64,000 nt of DNA from Octopus vulgaris (lineage: Eukaryota): NCBI GenBank assembly GCA_951406725.2, contig OX597833.1, forward strand, positions 59,644,001 to 59,708,000, written 5' to 3'. Numbering within the stretch: position 1 is the first letter of the stretch; every line of letters begins with the position of its first letter. The translations under genes and the position numbers were made by a program. This document shows, piece after piece, positions 25,561-37,370 of the stretch. The notes under the pieces are model-generated. The model did not search any database, was not told where the DNA came from, and was given only the letters and a program-made list of their open reading frames with translations.

Positions 25561-25954
25561 TAGATCAGTATCTTAACTGTCGACATGCGTATATCTCTTA
25601 GACTGTTTCACCATAAACCCGTGTGTCTCCATTGTCTGCCTTACTATAGTCTCCGTAGACAAGTATCCGTCTCCCCAAAGACCAGTGCGTGTGTCTCCTG
25701 TCTCCACAGGCCACTGTCTCTCTGGAGACCTAAAATAACTCAGCATAGATCTGCATGTCTAATAGCAATAAGTAACGAAGACAGATTTGTGCACCAAAGA
25801 CCTCGTTCAACGACTAATTAAACAGTTCAGCTTCTGGTTTAATTAAGAGAAATAATTTACTGCAAGATACATTAATTGTTAAGGAACACATCGCGATTTC
25901 TGCCAGTCTGTAATTGAAAATCAACAACAGCCAAAATATTTCAAAATAGACATC

Positions 25955-26300
25955 GTGGCACGTAAAAAGCACCAACCAATCGTGGCCGTTTGCCAGACTC
26001 CCCTGACACCTGTGCTGGTGGCACGTAAAAAGCACCATCCGATTGTGGCTGTTTGCATGTAAAAAGCATCATCCGATTGTGGTCGTTTGCCAGCCTCGTC
26101 TGGCACCTGTGCCGGTGACACGTAAAAAGCACCCACTACACTCACGTAGTGGTTGGCGTTAGGAAGGGCATCCAGCTGTAGAAACACTGCCAGATCAAGA
26201 CTGGAGCCTGGTGGAGCCTCCTGGCTTCCCAGATCCCCGGTCGAACCGTCCAACCCGTGCTAGCATGGAAAACGGACGTTAAACGATAATGATGATGATC
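25955..26300 (+). mobile_element. SINE family B (internal ~50-bp tandem units, (GAT)n tail); copies at ~585, 1820, 13035, 13585, 14325, 15445, 17660, 19250, 23875, 33127, 34003, 51530, 54035, 54930 and 56615
   Basis: Highly repeated element ending ...catggaaaacggacgttaaacgatgatgat. It is the source of many spurious ORFs (LQLDALPNANH). Confidence 0.85.
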
Positions 26301-26644
26301 AGACAAGAGTTTGAGAGGTGATATCCAAGCAAGAATGACATAAACCGATAAAATGAGAATTCATCCTTTCAGAGTCGATAAATTCAGTACCAGGCCTTGT
26401 GCTTATAGGTGAAAGGATTATTATTCAGCAAGCTGGCTGAATCGTTAACACGCCAGGCAGAATGTTTAGCGGCATTTTGTCCGTCTTTACATTCTGAGTT
26501 CTAATTCCACCAAGGTTGACTTTACCTTGCATTCTTTTGGGGTCAACAGAATAAGTCCCAGTTCAGCACTGGAGTCGATGTAATTGACTTACCTGCTCCC
26601 TTGAACTTGCTGGCCTTGTGCCAAAATTTGAAACCATTGTTATA

Positions 26645-26935
26645 AGGTTATGGGAAACTACCACCTGTGTCATCTCTTGTGAAAGGTAGGAGAGTCCAGT
26701 TTGCTGGACATTGTTGTAGAGCTGAAAAAGAAGTAATTTCTACTCTTCTCTTCTGGAAGACATCTACTCGCAATACCAGAGGGCGCACACTCTCCTACCC
26801 TGATGTAATATCCAGGGATACAGGCATCCAGCAACAGGACCTCCGTAATGCCATGATGGACCGTGAAGTCTGGCGTAGCATGGTAAATTCCATTGTCTCG
26901 ACCACGGTCGAACAATGATGATGATGATGATGATG
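26645..26935 (+). mobile_element. RTE-type LINE 3' end with (TGA)n tail
   Basis: Reads RRVQFAGHCCR...LFWK...RGR...YPDVISRDTG...MMDREVWR then tgatgatgat. Confidence 0.75.
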
Positions 26936-27331
26936 GATTGGTAGAATCATACAAAATGTTTTATGGTATTTAGCGACAAGCCTTTATGCTCTAAGTTCAA
27001 ATTACATCAAGATCAGTTTTACCTTTCATCTTTTCAAGGTTGATAAAATACCAGTGTACTTGGTGACTAGTTGATATAAATGACTACACCTACCCCCCCC
27101 CCACTCAATTTCTATCCTTGTACCTCTGTTAAAAATGATTATTATTATTTTGTAAAAATGTCCTATTTTCTCCTTCACAGGTCTTCTATTTTCTTGGAAC
27201 CCCTACGAAATCACTTTGAAGGATTTTTTTCACTGACATGTTTTCTACCATTCTCAAGGAATCTGGTGTTTAAATACACCCCCTACCCCCATCCCCTACC
27301 CTAAACAACAACAACAACAACACTGTTCACC

Positions 27332-27544
27332 ATGGTTAATGTGATAAAAGGTGTCCTTGCTGAATGTGACCCTGCTATGAAACAGTTCCTGCTTCAACTT
27401 GATGACAGAAATACTCTAGGTAAAAAGTTTATAATTCAAGACCTTGATGACACTCACCTATTCATCTCCGCAGACATTCTGGAAACTTTAAAAACCCAAA
27501 TCAATGATCTAATGAACAAACTCACATATCCACTAAACGAGTAA
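27332..27544 (+). CDS. GTF2H5: General transcription factor IIH subunit 5 (TFB5/p8/TTDA)
   Basis: 70-aa MVNVIKGVLAECDPAMKQFLLQLDD...KKFIIQDLDDTHLFI is the TFB5 family sequence. Strong Kozak context (caccATGG). The CDS is uninterrupted. Confidence 0.97.
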   Translation: MVNVIKGVLAECDPAMKQFLLQLDDRNTLGKKFIIQDLDDTHLFISADILETLKTQINDLMNKLTYPLNE

Positions 27545-28045
27545 TTATCACACAAAATGAGACTCTAATTACCTTACCCATTTTTTCCTTCCCTTTTTTT
27601 CCCCCCCCCGTGACAAAAACTGACCCCCTCCCCCACAATTAACAATTTTTGTTGTTTTCTTTTTACAAGGTGTTGCAAACACTTTTAAAGAGACAAGAAA
27701 GTTGAGTATTGCATAATGAGAAAATGTTTGATGTAAAGCAACGATATTCAAACCGTACGCTTGAATATCCACCATCATGTTTCTCTGCCATGTACAGTGG
27801 CGCTAGAACTTACGCTCACACTATAAAAATGAACCGCTATGAAATTTACTATTTTCTCGTTGATGTTGGTATCCAAATTTTCATCTTCATCTCAATCTTA
27901 AAAGCCATTGAAAAAATGGAACAGAAACCATATAAATACTTTTAAGAAGAAAAAAAAATAAGAAGCATTTACCTTTTTATTGTTATTCCTCCGTACAGAA
28001 AATCGAACTTTTTAGATTTGACGAGACAATAAGACAATTGCAGCA

Positions 28046-28188
28046 ATGCAGCACAAACCATTCTCTTGTCAGTGGAACCCAAAGAAACGCCATTTACTTC
28101 CTGGCGATAGTTTATTTGAAGATGGAGACATTTTTTGTAACCTCTTGCTGAAGCAAATGTCTTTGGCCGATGAAGAATTCATTAACAA
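28046..28188 (+). CDS. ZNF511: ZNF511 coding exon 1 (MQHKPFSCQWNPKKRHLLPGDSLFEDGDIFCNLLLKQMSLADEEFIN)
   Basis: Contains the 'FEDGD' N-terminal motif of ZNF511. In-frame stops lie upstream. Donor AA|gtaagg, phase 2. Confidence 0.85.
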
Positions 28189-28234
28189 GTAAGGATCTCA
28201 TTTATTTTCCTAATATTTTTCTTGTTCCATTTAA

Positions 28235-28455
28235 CCCTTTAGTGTTCGCATTATTCTGCCAAAATTAATGCTTCTTCATCCGTATTGTTTTGAACTAATC
28301 ATGCATTATCTTGTAGCGATGTGATTTTGATGAGATAGCTGTTAATTTTTTAAACGATATTGTAGGGTTGGTGTGAGAGACCAGATCTGGCCTGTTTGAA
28401 CATAAAACAGGCAGAATACTTTTGGCCGGATATGGCCGGTTTAAATGCTAAAGGG
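28235..28455. mobile_element. piggyBac-like MITE (TTAA TSD, CCCTTTAG termini); copies 51063-51283, 59502-59722, degenerate ~16300-16592
   Basis: ttaa|ccctttag ... ctaaaggg|ttaa, ~221 bp in each intact copy. Confidence 0.88.
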
Positions 28456-29238
28456 TTAACATGTTCATATCTCGCTACTGGGCATGGTGTCTGCATAGAC
28501 CCAATGTCACCACAATCTCTCGTACTGTAGTCAGTAATAGTCAATGGTTTTGGTGCAGTTTGTGGTTGCTTATGATGGTGATAGTTGTACCATTGGAGGT
28601 TGTGATGGTAATGGTAGTTGCAGTGAAGTTGATGTTGGTGATTATGGTTGTGATGGTGAAGGTTATACTGTTCGGTAATTGGACCGGCGAGCTGGCAGAA
28701 CCGTTAGCATGCCAGGCGGCATGCATAGCCATATTTCGCCTGCCGTTATGTTCTGAGTTCAAATTCCGCCGAGGTCGACTTTGCCTTTCATCCTTTCGGG
28801 GTCGATAAATTAAGTACCAGTTATGCACTGGGGTCGATGTAATCGACTTAATTTGTTTGTCTGTCCTTGTTTGTCCCTTCTATGTTTAGCCCCTTGTGGG
28901 TAATAAAGAAACATATACTGTTTGGTAATTGGTGATGCTACCATAAGCATCATCACCATCACCAATGGTGGTAGTTGTGATTGTGATGGTAAAGTTATGG
29001 TTGATTATGCTATCTTTGGCACCCTCATGAACACAAGTCGCTGTAAATTGATGCCAAAATTTTAGTGTCAATGTCTAATCAAATGAATGGTAATTAAAAA
29101 AAAATTTTTTTTTATCAAAAACTTGAAGTGTTGACTTTAACAGTATTTGAACTTGCAACTGTAAATTACTAGATAATTTCTTGAGTGTTGATTGTTATCC
29201 TATCTATGTTTGTACACTTAATGTTATTTTATTTACAG

Positions 29239-29298
29239 AGTCCCTGAGTTTCCCTGTGGTATGGCTGGCTGTCAAAAGACCTTCAATAACTTAGTAAG
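29239..29298 (+). CDS. ZNF511: ZNF511 coding exon 2 (VPEFPCGMAGCQKTFNNLV)
   Basis: Acceptor tttacag, donor AG|gtaggt. Start of the first C2H2-like finger. Phases 2/2. Confidence 0.85.
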
Positions 29299-29696
29299 GT
29301 AGGTAAATTATAATTAACACTCTCAATCCTTAGAGAAATCACATTATTGTTGGTGATACAACATTCTATTGCAGCTGTATGATGTGTTTGCAACTAAGTG
29401 ACATGTGATGACGATTCACTCTCAAACTGAAATGGGTCCCCAGTTTCTGTACTATGAATGGTCTTGTGGGCAACTGTTAACAAAAGCCAGAGCTTCCTTC
29501 AACCACTACATATAAAGTATTAAGAAAAAAATGTTATTTAGATATACTTTTATTTTAGTTGTTTATACTCATATACATTCAAAGTTCATAAATTTCCTTA
29601 TTTAAATTATGAATATAATTGCAGCGTGGAAGGTGTTTATAAGCCATTTAAGAAACACACAAAAGCCATTCGATTCACTTCAACATTTAAGTTTAA

Positions 29697-29758
29697 TTTG
29701 TCAAAATATTTTCGTCGCTTTAAGACCGCGACCTGTTCACTGACAAAAATCCGAGCAC
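29697..29758 (-). ncRNA. Minimal hammerhead-like fold with G3-C8 core variant
   Basis: Reverse complement reads tttgtca-GTGAACA-g-gtcgc(ggtcttaaa)gcgac-GAAA-atat-TT-tgacaaa, with palindromic stem III AAUAUU. Confidence 0.6.
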
Positions 29759-30063
29759 GGATTTTTGTCAGTGAACATAGGTGCTCTTAGATATAAAAAT
29801 AATCCCTCAAAATTAGTAGGTTTTGTTTTTCACAAAGGGTCCACTTTATGTGTGTGTGTGCATATATATATATGTATGTATGTATAAATAATATTAGGGT
29901 AATAAGAATTATATAAATTTTTTATTACCTATAGCTGCAATTGTTTTCGTTCCAGCACACGATCTCAGATCAAATCACTTGCTATGCGAGTACATCTCCG
30001 TAATTATGAATATAATTTCAATATAATATCAATATGATATTATATTTGATAATATCAATATGA

Positions 30064-30250
30064 TTACAAAACTTCTTTGTAGACAATATTTTCTGTGTGG
30101 TTGACACTAATTTTCAAATTACTGGAGTCTGTTGCTCGACTCATAGTGACATATAACTGGCCACGTGTAAATATCAGAGCGGGTAAAAATACACCTACAT
30201 GATCTAAAGTCTGGCCCTGTGCCTTGTTTGTTGTGAATGCGTGAGCGGAA
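30064..30250 (-). mobile_element. Helitron helicase (Pif1-like) C-terminal remnant
   Basis: AFTTNKAQGQTLDHVGVFL...FTRGQLYVTMSRAT...TENIVYKEVL* contains helicase motifs V/VI and the typical Helitron end. Confidence 0.85.
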
Positions 30251-30820
30251 TCTTTAGGAATCTGCCCATCTATGATAGGAAACAAAGGGATAGTATTGCA
30301 AATCTAAACCCTCTAAATTCACGAACTATACAGGGCGGGGGAATCCAGAGTTAATCCTCATTGCCAGGATTTTTGCAAAAAAAATCAAAGGTGATTTATT
30401 AATACAAAATTCAATATCCACTAAATAATCATACTTTTTCACATTTTTTCCTGATTTTTTCCTTCGTAATTCAAAAAAAAACATCGTGACCATTGGTCCA
30501 GCTGTTTGACCGTGAAAAGAGGACAGGTCGACGGACATAACGCCCATTGTAGTAAGAAGTTGAATTACTTCCCTTTGCTTCTTTTATTAGTTATCTCCCC
30601 CTTAATTTTTTTTTTTTTTTTTTTTTGCCCTCGTAAACTGAACAATTACCCTCAATATCCACCTAAAATAATCATACTTTTTCACATTGTTTCCGCTAAA
30701 ATCCTTCCTGGCTACCTCCTTCATAATCCCGAAAAACATCGTGACCTTTGGCCGTGAAGAGGGTACAGACAGACGGATATTATGCTCATTATAGTAAGAT
30801 TATTGTTGTTTTTATTTCAG

Positions 30821-30962
30821 TTACGAATGTCACTACAACAGCCTCCATCGGAACACTTGTGCCACGTGTCGCCGTATATTTCCATCGTCCTACCTCCTCG
30901 GACTTCATATACAAGAGTGGCATGATGTCATGTTTGATATTATGTCGGGCAAAAAACCAATG
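30821..30962 (+). CDS. ZNF511: ZNF511 coding exon 3 (YECHYNSLHRNTCATCRRIFPSSYLLGLHIQEWHDVMFDIMSGKKPM)
   Basis: Matches the ZNF511 'YE.HY..LH.N.C..C.R.FPS..LL..HI.EWHD..F' pattern. Acceptor tttcag, donor ATG|gtaact. Confidence 0.92.
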
Positions 30963-31001
30963 GTAACTATACAACAATTTCTTGGGTTATCTCGCAGGTG
31001 A

Positions 31002-31049
<48 letters not shown>

Positions 31050-31589
31050 TGTAGGCGTAGCTGTGTGGTAAGAAGCTTGCTTCCCAACCACATGGTTCTA
31101 GGTTCAGTCCTACTGCGTGGCAGCTTGGACAAGTGTCTTCTATAGTCTCGGGCAGACAAAGCCTTGTGAGTGGATTTGGTAGATAGAAACTGAAAGAAGC
31201 CCACTATTTATATATATCTATATATATATATATAAATGTATATATTTATGTGTTTCTGTGTTTGTCCTCCCACTATCACTTGACAAATTATGTTGGTGTC
31301 CTTACGTCTTTGAAGGAATAAGTACTAGGCTTACAAATAATAAGTCCTGGGGTCAATTCCTTTGACTAAAACCCTTTAAGGCAGTGCTGCAGCATGGCTG
31401 CAGTCAAATGATTGAAACCAGTCAAAAGGATATGAGTGTTTGTGTTATCGAATCCCTATTTAATCCCAGGCCAGGTGCTACCAAACAGGCCTATGGGGAT
31501 CAGATATTCCTAAAGAGGAAAGTTCTGTCATTTAAAAGCACAACAGGAATAAAGACATTAATTTTGAATATTAAACCTAACACATTTTA

Positions 31590-32330
31590 TTGATCCATGA
31601 TAGAGTAGACCTAGGTGAGATACAGTTTGCAATCTTCCTTGTGGGGCAACCACAGTAGAAATACTTGACTAAGAATAAACCACTATTCCTGGCTTTCAAT
31701 GATTTGGAGGAAGCATTTGACAGAGTACCGTGTTCAGTAATTTGGTGGGATTTCAGGAAACTAGGTATAGATGAATGACTTGTGAAGTCTGTTGGAGCTA
31801 TGTACAAATATGCAGTACATTAAAATAAGCATCGATGATTTCAATAAGGAATTTAGCATGATGGTAGGAGTTCATCAAGGTTTAGTCCTCTGCTGTTCAT
31901 CATAGTCCTACAGGCCATCATAGGGGAATTTTAAGAATGCATGTCCATGAGCTAGTTTTTATAGGGGAATTAGAAAGGAAATTCTAGGTATGGAAACTAA
32001 ACCTAGAATCTAGACGTCTTAAGGTAAATCTAGCAAAGAAAAAGGTTTTAATGAGTAAAAAAGAAGACAACCTTCATATCTTCAGGGAAATTACTTTGTT
32101 CAGTATGCAGAAAAGGGTTGGGTGTAAATTTCCTATGCTATATTCAGTGTAATTTATGAAAACAAGTGATGTAATTGAACTGAGGGCAACCTATCCAAGA
32201 ACTTGGAGCAGAACTTACTAGGAGCCCACTAGAAATAGACTCCCTTTAAAAGCCCAGTAGTTGATTGTTTTTCTTAACTAGGAAATATAATTAGCAAGGG
32301 AGGTGGTTGCTGTGAAAATAGTAGCAGGTT
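31590..32330 (+). mobile_element. RTE-like reverse transcriptase remnant
   Basis: Broken frames read AFNDLEEAFDRVP...RKLGIDE*LVKSVGAMY...VGVHQGLVL. Confidence 0.75.
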
Positions 32331-34317
32331 GGAGATGTTGAGTGGTTGGTGTCAGGAAAAACGTCCAAGCATAGAAACTATGCTGAAGCAGACATTGGAG
32401 CATGATGCAGTGTTTGGACTTTATCGTCTTCTGTCAGGCTAACCAAGCCATACCAGTATGGAACATGGACATTAAATGATGAAGAGACGAGTTAGTAAAT
32501 TCTAAATCTGCAAAGTTCTCTCCCTTGAAATAATTTGTCAACACGAAATAGAAGTAGTGTTTGTTTCTTTATTGCTCACAAGGGGGCTAAACATAGAGGA
32601 GACAAACAAGGACAGACAAAGGGATTAAGTCGATTACATCGACCCCAGTGCGTAACTGGTACTTATTTAATCGACCCTGAAAGGATGAAAAGCAAAGTCC
32701 ACTTTAGACCGTAACAGCAAACTAATTTGCTTGTTGCAGGTTCAGTGTTAAATGATATGACTTATACACACACACACACAAACATAAATTCATCCTTAGT
32801 CGAAAGACACCTGTTATTAATGTCTTTTATTTGCATTTGTATTTGTATACCATTTCTCCATTTTTTTCTGTCCTTGTTTTCATATACATTCGCAGCTTTC
32901 ATCCAAGGAATCTAGTGCTCTTAGCTTAGTTTTTCCTTGGGGCTGGCCAGATTGGAGCAATCTCGAGTATAACCAGCCAAAATTGCAAAAATAATCTGGA
33001 ACTCGACTGAAGAAAGAAAACTCCAAATGACCCATCCTTGTTCTTTTTCGTATTGTCTGTCTGGACGCGTTGCATTCTTGTCCCATTTTTAGTATTCCTT
33101 ATATATATATATATATATATATATAACCACTACACTCTTGGAGTATTTGGCATTAGGAAGGGCATCAAGCTGTAGAAACTCTGCCAGATCAAGACTGGAG
33201 CCTGGTGCAGCCATCTGGTTCGCCAGTCCTCAGTCAAATCGTCCAACACATGCTAGCATGGAAAGCGGACGTTAAATGATGATATATATATATATATATA
33301 TAGTAACTAAGGATGGATTAGACAATTTAGGTGTTTACCACAGGACACACTTAACAACCAGCAGCTATTTGAAATTGCATAATAAAGGGTTTTGCTCATG
33401 GAAACTCAAGTTTCAAGCAAACAGAAAATCCATGAGGTTTATTTCCATTGTACAGTATAAATAAATTGAAGATTGGAGTTTATGGCATAGCTTTTATGGT
33501 TTACAGTTGTTTCAACAACTTAAGATAAACAATCACACATGTTTATAGACATTGATGATAATAATAATAATAATAATACAGTCCTGCATATTGTGTAATG
33601 TATATTATATAATAGCACCAGAAGCTGTTTCATCAGGACCAGCTGAATCATCATCATCATCATTGTTGAATGTTTGTTTTCCATGCTGGCATGGGTTGGA
33701 CGGTTTGACAGGAGCTGGCAAACCAGGAGACAGCACCTGGCTTCACTGTCTGTTTTGACAGGATTTCTGCAGCCAGATGCGCTCTTCCTAATGCCAACCA
33801 CTTTACAGAGTGGGTGCAAGCCACGTAGCACTGGCACAAGTTCTTTTAATGTGACTCCGAAAGAATACAAGTGTGTATCTGTGTGTGAGAGAGAAAGAGA
33901 GAGACTTTGTCTTGAAATCATGTTTCCATAATTCCTCAGACTTCATACACAACTACACAGAATTCTATTCTATTTTCATCATCATCATCATTATTATTTG
34001 AATGGCCTCCGTGCCGGTGGCACGTAAAAGCACCATCCGATTGTGGCCGTTGCCAGCCTCGTCTGGCCCCTGTGCAGGTGGCACGTAAAAAGCACCCACT
34101 ACAATCACAGAGTGGTTGGCGTTAGGAAGGGCATCCAGCTGTAGAAACACTGCCAGATCAAGACTGGGCCTGGCGCAGCCTTCTGGCTTCCCAGACCCCA
34201 GTTGAACCATCCAACCCATGCTAGCATGGAAAACGGACGTTAAACGATGATGATTATTATTATTATTATTGTTCCATACCTCTTTCTCACCAATTGTATC
34301 TCCAAACTCTGTTACAG

Positions 34318-34439
34318 TTTAGCTGCTTACTGGAAGCATGTGGACAGAAATTCCAGACATCTCAAGACAGGAAGGAACACATGATTAAATGTCATAAATA
34401 TCCTGCCAACTTCCGATTTGATAAACAGAAAAATAAATG
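34318..34439 (+). CDS. ZNF511: ZNF511 coding exon 4 (FSCLLEACGQKFQTSQDRKEHMIKCHKYPANFRFDKQKNK)
   Basis: Third finger plus the 'YP.DFRFDK' motif. Acceptor ttacag, donor TG|gtaag. Confidence 0.92.
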
Positions 34440-35150
34440 GTAAGATTGATGCTTTTACTCAATCACTCTTACACTCCCTCGTTCTTTCTGCCTCTCCCAT
34501 CCCTCTTTCCTCTGTCTGTCTGTCTGTCTCCTTTCCTCTCTGTCTCTCTCTCTCTCTCCTTCCCTCTCTATCCCTGCATCTCTCTCTTACTCTGTATTTC
34601 CTGCATAAGAAACAATTTCATGGCAACAATTAGTTGCACACTCCTGTTATTATAGTGTTAAAGGTGGTAATAAGTTGGTATTACAAGTAAGTTAACTTAA
34701 CTTAACTTACTTGTAGTACCAAATTATTACCACACTATGATAAGGGTGGTGGTAGTGTGGATTGAATGTTTCTATAGGTTTCTGTATCGCAAGTGATGCC
34801 ACATACCAGTGATATATTCTTTTCTACTTTAAGCACGAGGCCCGAAATTTTGGGGGAGGGGGCCAGTCAATTAGATTGATCCCAGTATGCAACTGATACT
34901 TAATTTATCGACCCTGAAAGGATGAAAGGCAAAGTCAGCCTCAGCGGAATTTGAACTCAAAATGTAATGACAGACGAAATACTGCTAAGCATTTCACCCT
35001 ACGTGCTAACGTTCATACCAGTGATATATTGGGGCGGGGGGTCAATAGAATGACTTCTCCCTTTCTAAAATGCTTGAAGTCTGATTTTGGTGATAGATTT
35101 TCGGTTATTAAATGACTGTTTAACAATTGTTGTTTTGGTTGTTGTTGCAG

Positions 35151-35288
35151 TAAAAGTGTAACGGCAGAGACAGAAGATAAGACGGAGAGTAAAGTGGACA
35201 ACATGGAAATAACAACAGCAACAGCAACACCACCACCACCAACAACAACAACAACAACCACCACCACCACCACAAAGAAATATAACAA
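35151..35288 (+). CDS. ZNF511: ZNF511 coding exon 5 (low complexity, poly-P/poly-T)
   Basis: Acceptor ttgcag, donor AA|gtaagt. 138 nt, symmetric phase 2/2, open frame. Confidence 0.7.
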
Positions 35289-35312
35289 GTAAGTAATTGT
35301 CAATGTCTAGAG

Positions 35313-35513
35313 CAGTGCTTTTCAAACTTTTTGCTGGAGCGGAACCCCAAGGAAACATTCCACTGGCTCAGGGAACCCCTGTGCAATAATTTAATAGTCT
35401 TATGCACACATATCTGCACAGGAGACTTAAAAATTACCGCCGATTTTAGCAGTTTTGTAACTTCTTGCAGAACCCCTGGACTGTACTGGCAGAACCCTGG
35501 TTGAAAACCACTG
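35313..35513. mobile_element. hAT-type MITE with 8-bp TSD GTCTAGAG
   Basis: TIRs cagtgcttttcaa / ttgaaaaccactg. TSD at 35305-35312 and 35514-35521. Confidence 0.88.
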
Positions 35514-35934
35514 GTCTAGAGAGTCATCATTAGAGACCAGCTTGTATTAACTATGTGAAGGTACATAGCTCAGTGGTTAGAGTGTAATAATTTGTAGTGA
35601 AGCAGTTCACCAGTGTAACGTTTTTAGAGTTGTCACCAATTTAATAGTTTTAAATGTTTGTAACGAAGTTGGTTTTCGTGTGTTCGAATGTAACATATGT
35701 CCCAGTATAATGTGGGTTGAAGAAGTAAATGTCAGAAATCATGTTTGTTAATAGAGCTTGGTAATTTATTTGGGATTGTTGTCAAGTGCCGAGCTAAGTG
35801 AGCATATATATAGAGGTGTCTGGAAAGCCATGAAAAGTTGCAATTGCACATGTAGGTTAGAAGTTTGCAGTGCTAAGGAAGTAAGAAAAATGAACAGGCA
35901 ATAGCCGGTGGTACAAAGGCTGGTGTGAAATATC

Positions 35935-36335
35935 AAGATCTGTCCGCTGATGGTTGTGTAAATCTGTTTACTGACAGTTGTGCATCTCTATTCACTGACG
36001 GTTGCAGTCATCTGTTCGCCGACGGTCGCGGGCATCTGTTTGCCGATGGTCGCAGGCATCTGTTCGCCGACGGTTGCGGAGGTCTGTTCGCCGACGGTTG
36101 CGGAGGTCTGTTCGACGACGGTTGCGGAGGTCTGTTCGACGACGGTTGCGGAGGTCTGTTCGACGACGGTTGCGGAGGTCTGTTCGACGACGGTTGCGGA
36201 GGTCTGTTCGACGACGGTTGCGGAGGTCTGTTCGACGACGGTTGCGGAGATCTGTTCGTCGATGGTCGCAGACATCTGTTCTCTGATGGTTGTGCAGCTC
36301 TTCGCTGATGATGGTCATGTCGAGGTCTTCTGCTG
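35935..36335. repeat. 24-bp GC-rich minisatellite (ggtctgttcgacgacggttgcgga), ~16 units, in ZNF511 intron 5
   Basis: Perfect central units with degenerate edges. It generates the repetitive ORFs GGLFDDGC and RRRTDLRN. Confidence 0.92.
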
Positions 36336-36640
36336 ACTGACTGTCAAAAGGCACTCCTCTTGCTGGGCTAATGACTGCTGCTTTTATAGGTACACAACCA
36401 GCTCTGATTGGCTGCCATTGCCAACACAACTGTGCTGATCCGCAATAATGAAATATGGCTTCTTTGACTCACTACAAGAGCATCAGACTCACAATCATGA
36501 GGTAGTGAGTTTGATTCCCAGGCCAGGATTACGAGTCCAGCATCTTTAGCTCAGAGATTTGACATTTGGTGTTAGATCAGCGATTAAAGTCGAATGTAAT
36601 GTCATTTTCCTTTTCTTTTTCTTTTGCCATTCTATTCCAG

Positions 36641-36818
36641 AATTCCTAAAAACATCTGTTTCGGTAAAGGTTCAGTGAGAACATTCCACAAGCAACAACA
36701 GAACCCTACCAAACATTGGCACCAACAGTTCAAGACGGAGAAAGGTGACGGTGGTGGCGGAGACATTGAGGAGGTTACCATGACAGACTTGATGACTGCT
36801 CTGGAAGAAACCAGTTAA
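36641..36818 (+). CDS. ZNF511: ZNF511 last coding exon (IPKNICFGKGSVRTFH...ALEETS*)
   Basis: Contains the 'IP..ICFG.G..R.F' C-terminal ZNF511 motif. Acceptor ttccag. Joined CDS is 783 nt (260 aa). ATTAAA at 36951. Confidence 0.88.
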
Positions 36819-37370
36819 TACTCGCCACTTCGTATTTATTCTCACCCTTCAAGAAATGGTTTCCTTTTTCTATTTTTTTTTTTTTTTTTTTGTTTATTTA
36901 AATTTCTCTCTTCTCTCTTTCTCTCTTTCTCTCTCAGCTAATTTGTTCTAATTAAACATAGGGCAGACTTAGATAATGATATATTGGACTCCCAATCGTC
37001 TGCTTTACATATCAAACTCTTTTTACAACAGTAACAATAACCTGCCGACCATTTCATTGCTGAACACTGCTAGAGTGTTTTCGTTGTTCTCTCTCTCACT
37101 CACACACACACACACACACACACACACTTTCTACCTATCTACCTTATATCTATCAGTTCTGCATAAACTTAGCTGCTCTTAGATATAAAAATAATCCCTC
37201 AAAATTAGTAGGTTTTGTTTTTCACAAAGGGTCCACTTTATGTGTGTGTGTGCATATATATATATGTATGTATGTATAAATAATATTAGGGTAATAAGAA
37301 TTATATAAATTTTTTATTACCTATGGCCTAGTGCAAAAAAATTTAGCCAATAGACTATATACATACATAG

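Noticed and set aside
32940-33040. CTGAAGA motif (related CTGATGA at ~53131, minus)
   Set aside because: No properly placed GAAA or stems I/III, so it was not called as a hammerhead.
35925-36429. Repetitive ORFs (GGLFDDGC, RRRTDLRN, STTVAEVC)
   Set aside because: A 24-bp unit leaves most frames open on both strands. It lies in a ZNF511 intron with no usable splice sites.
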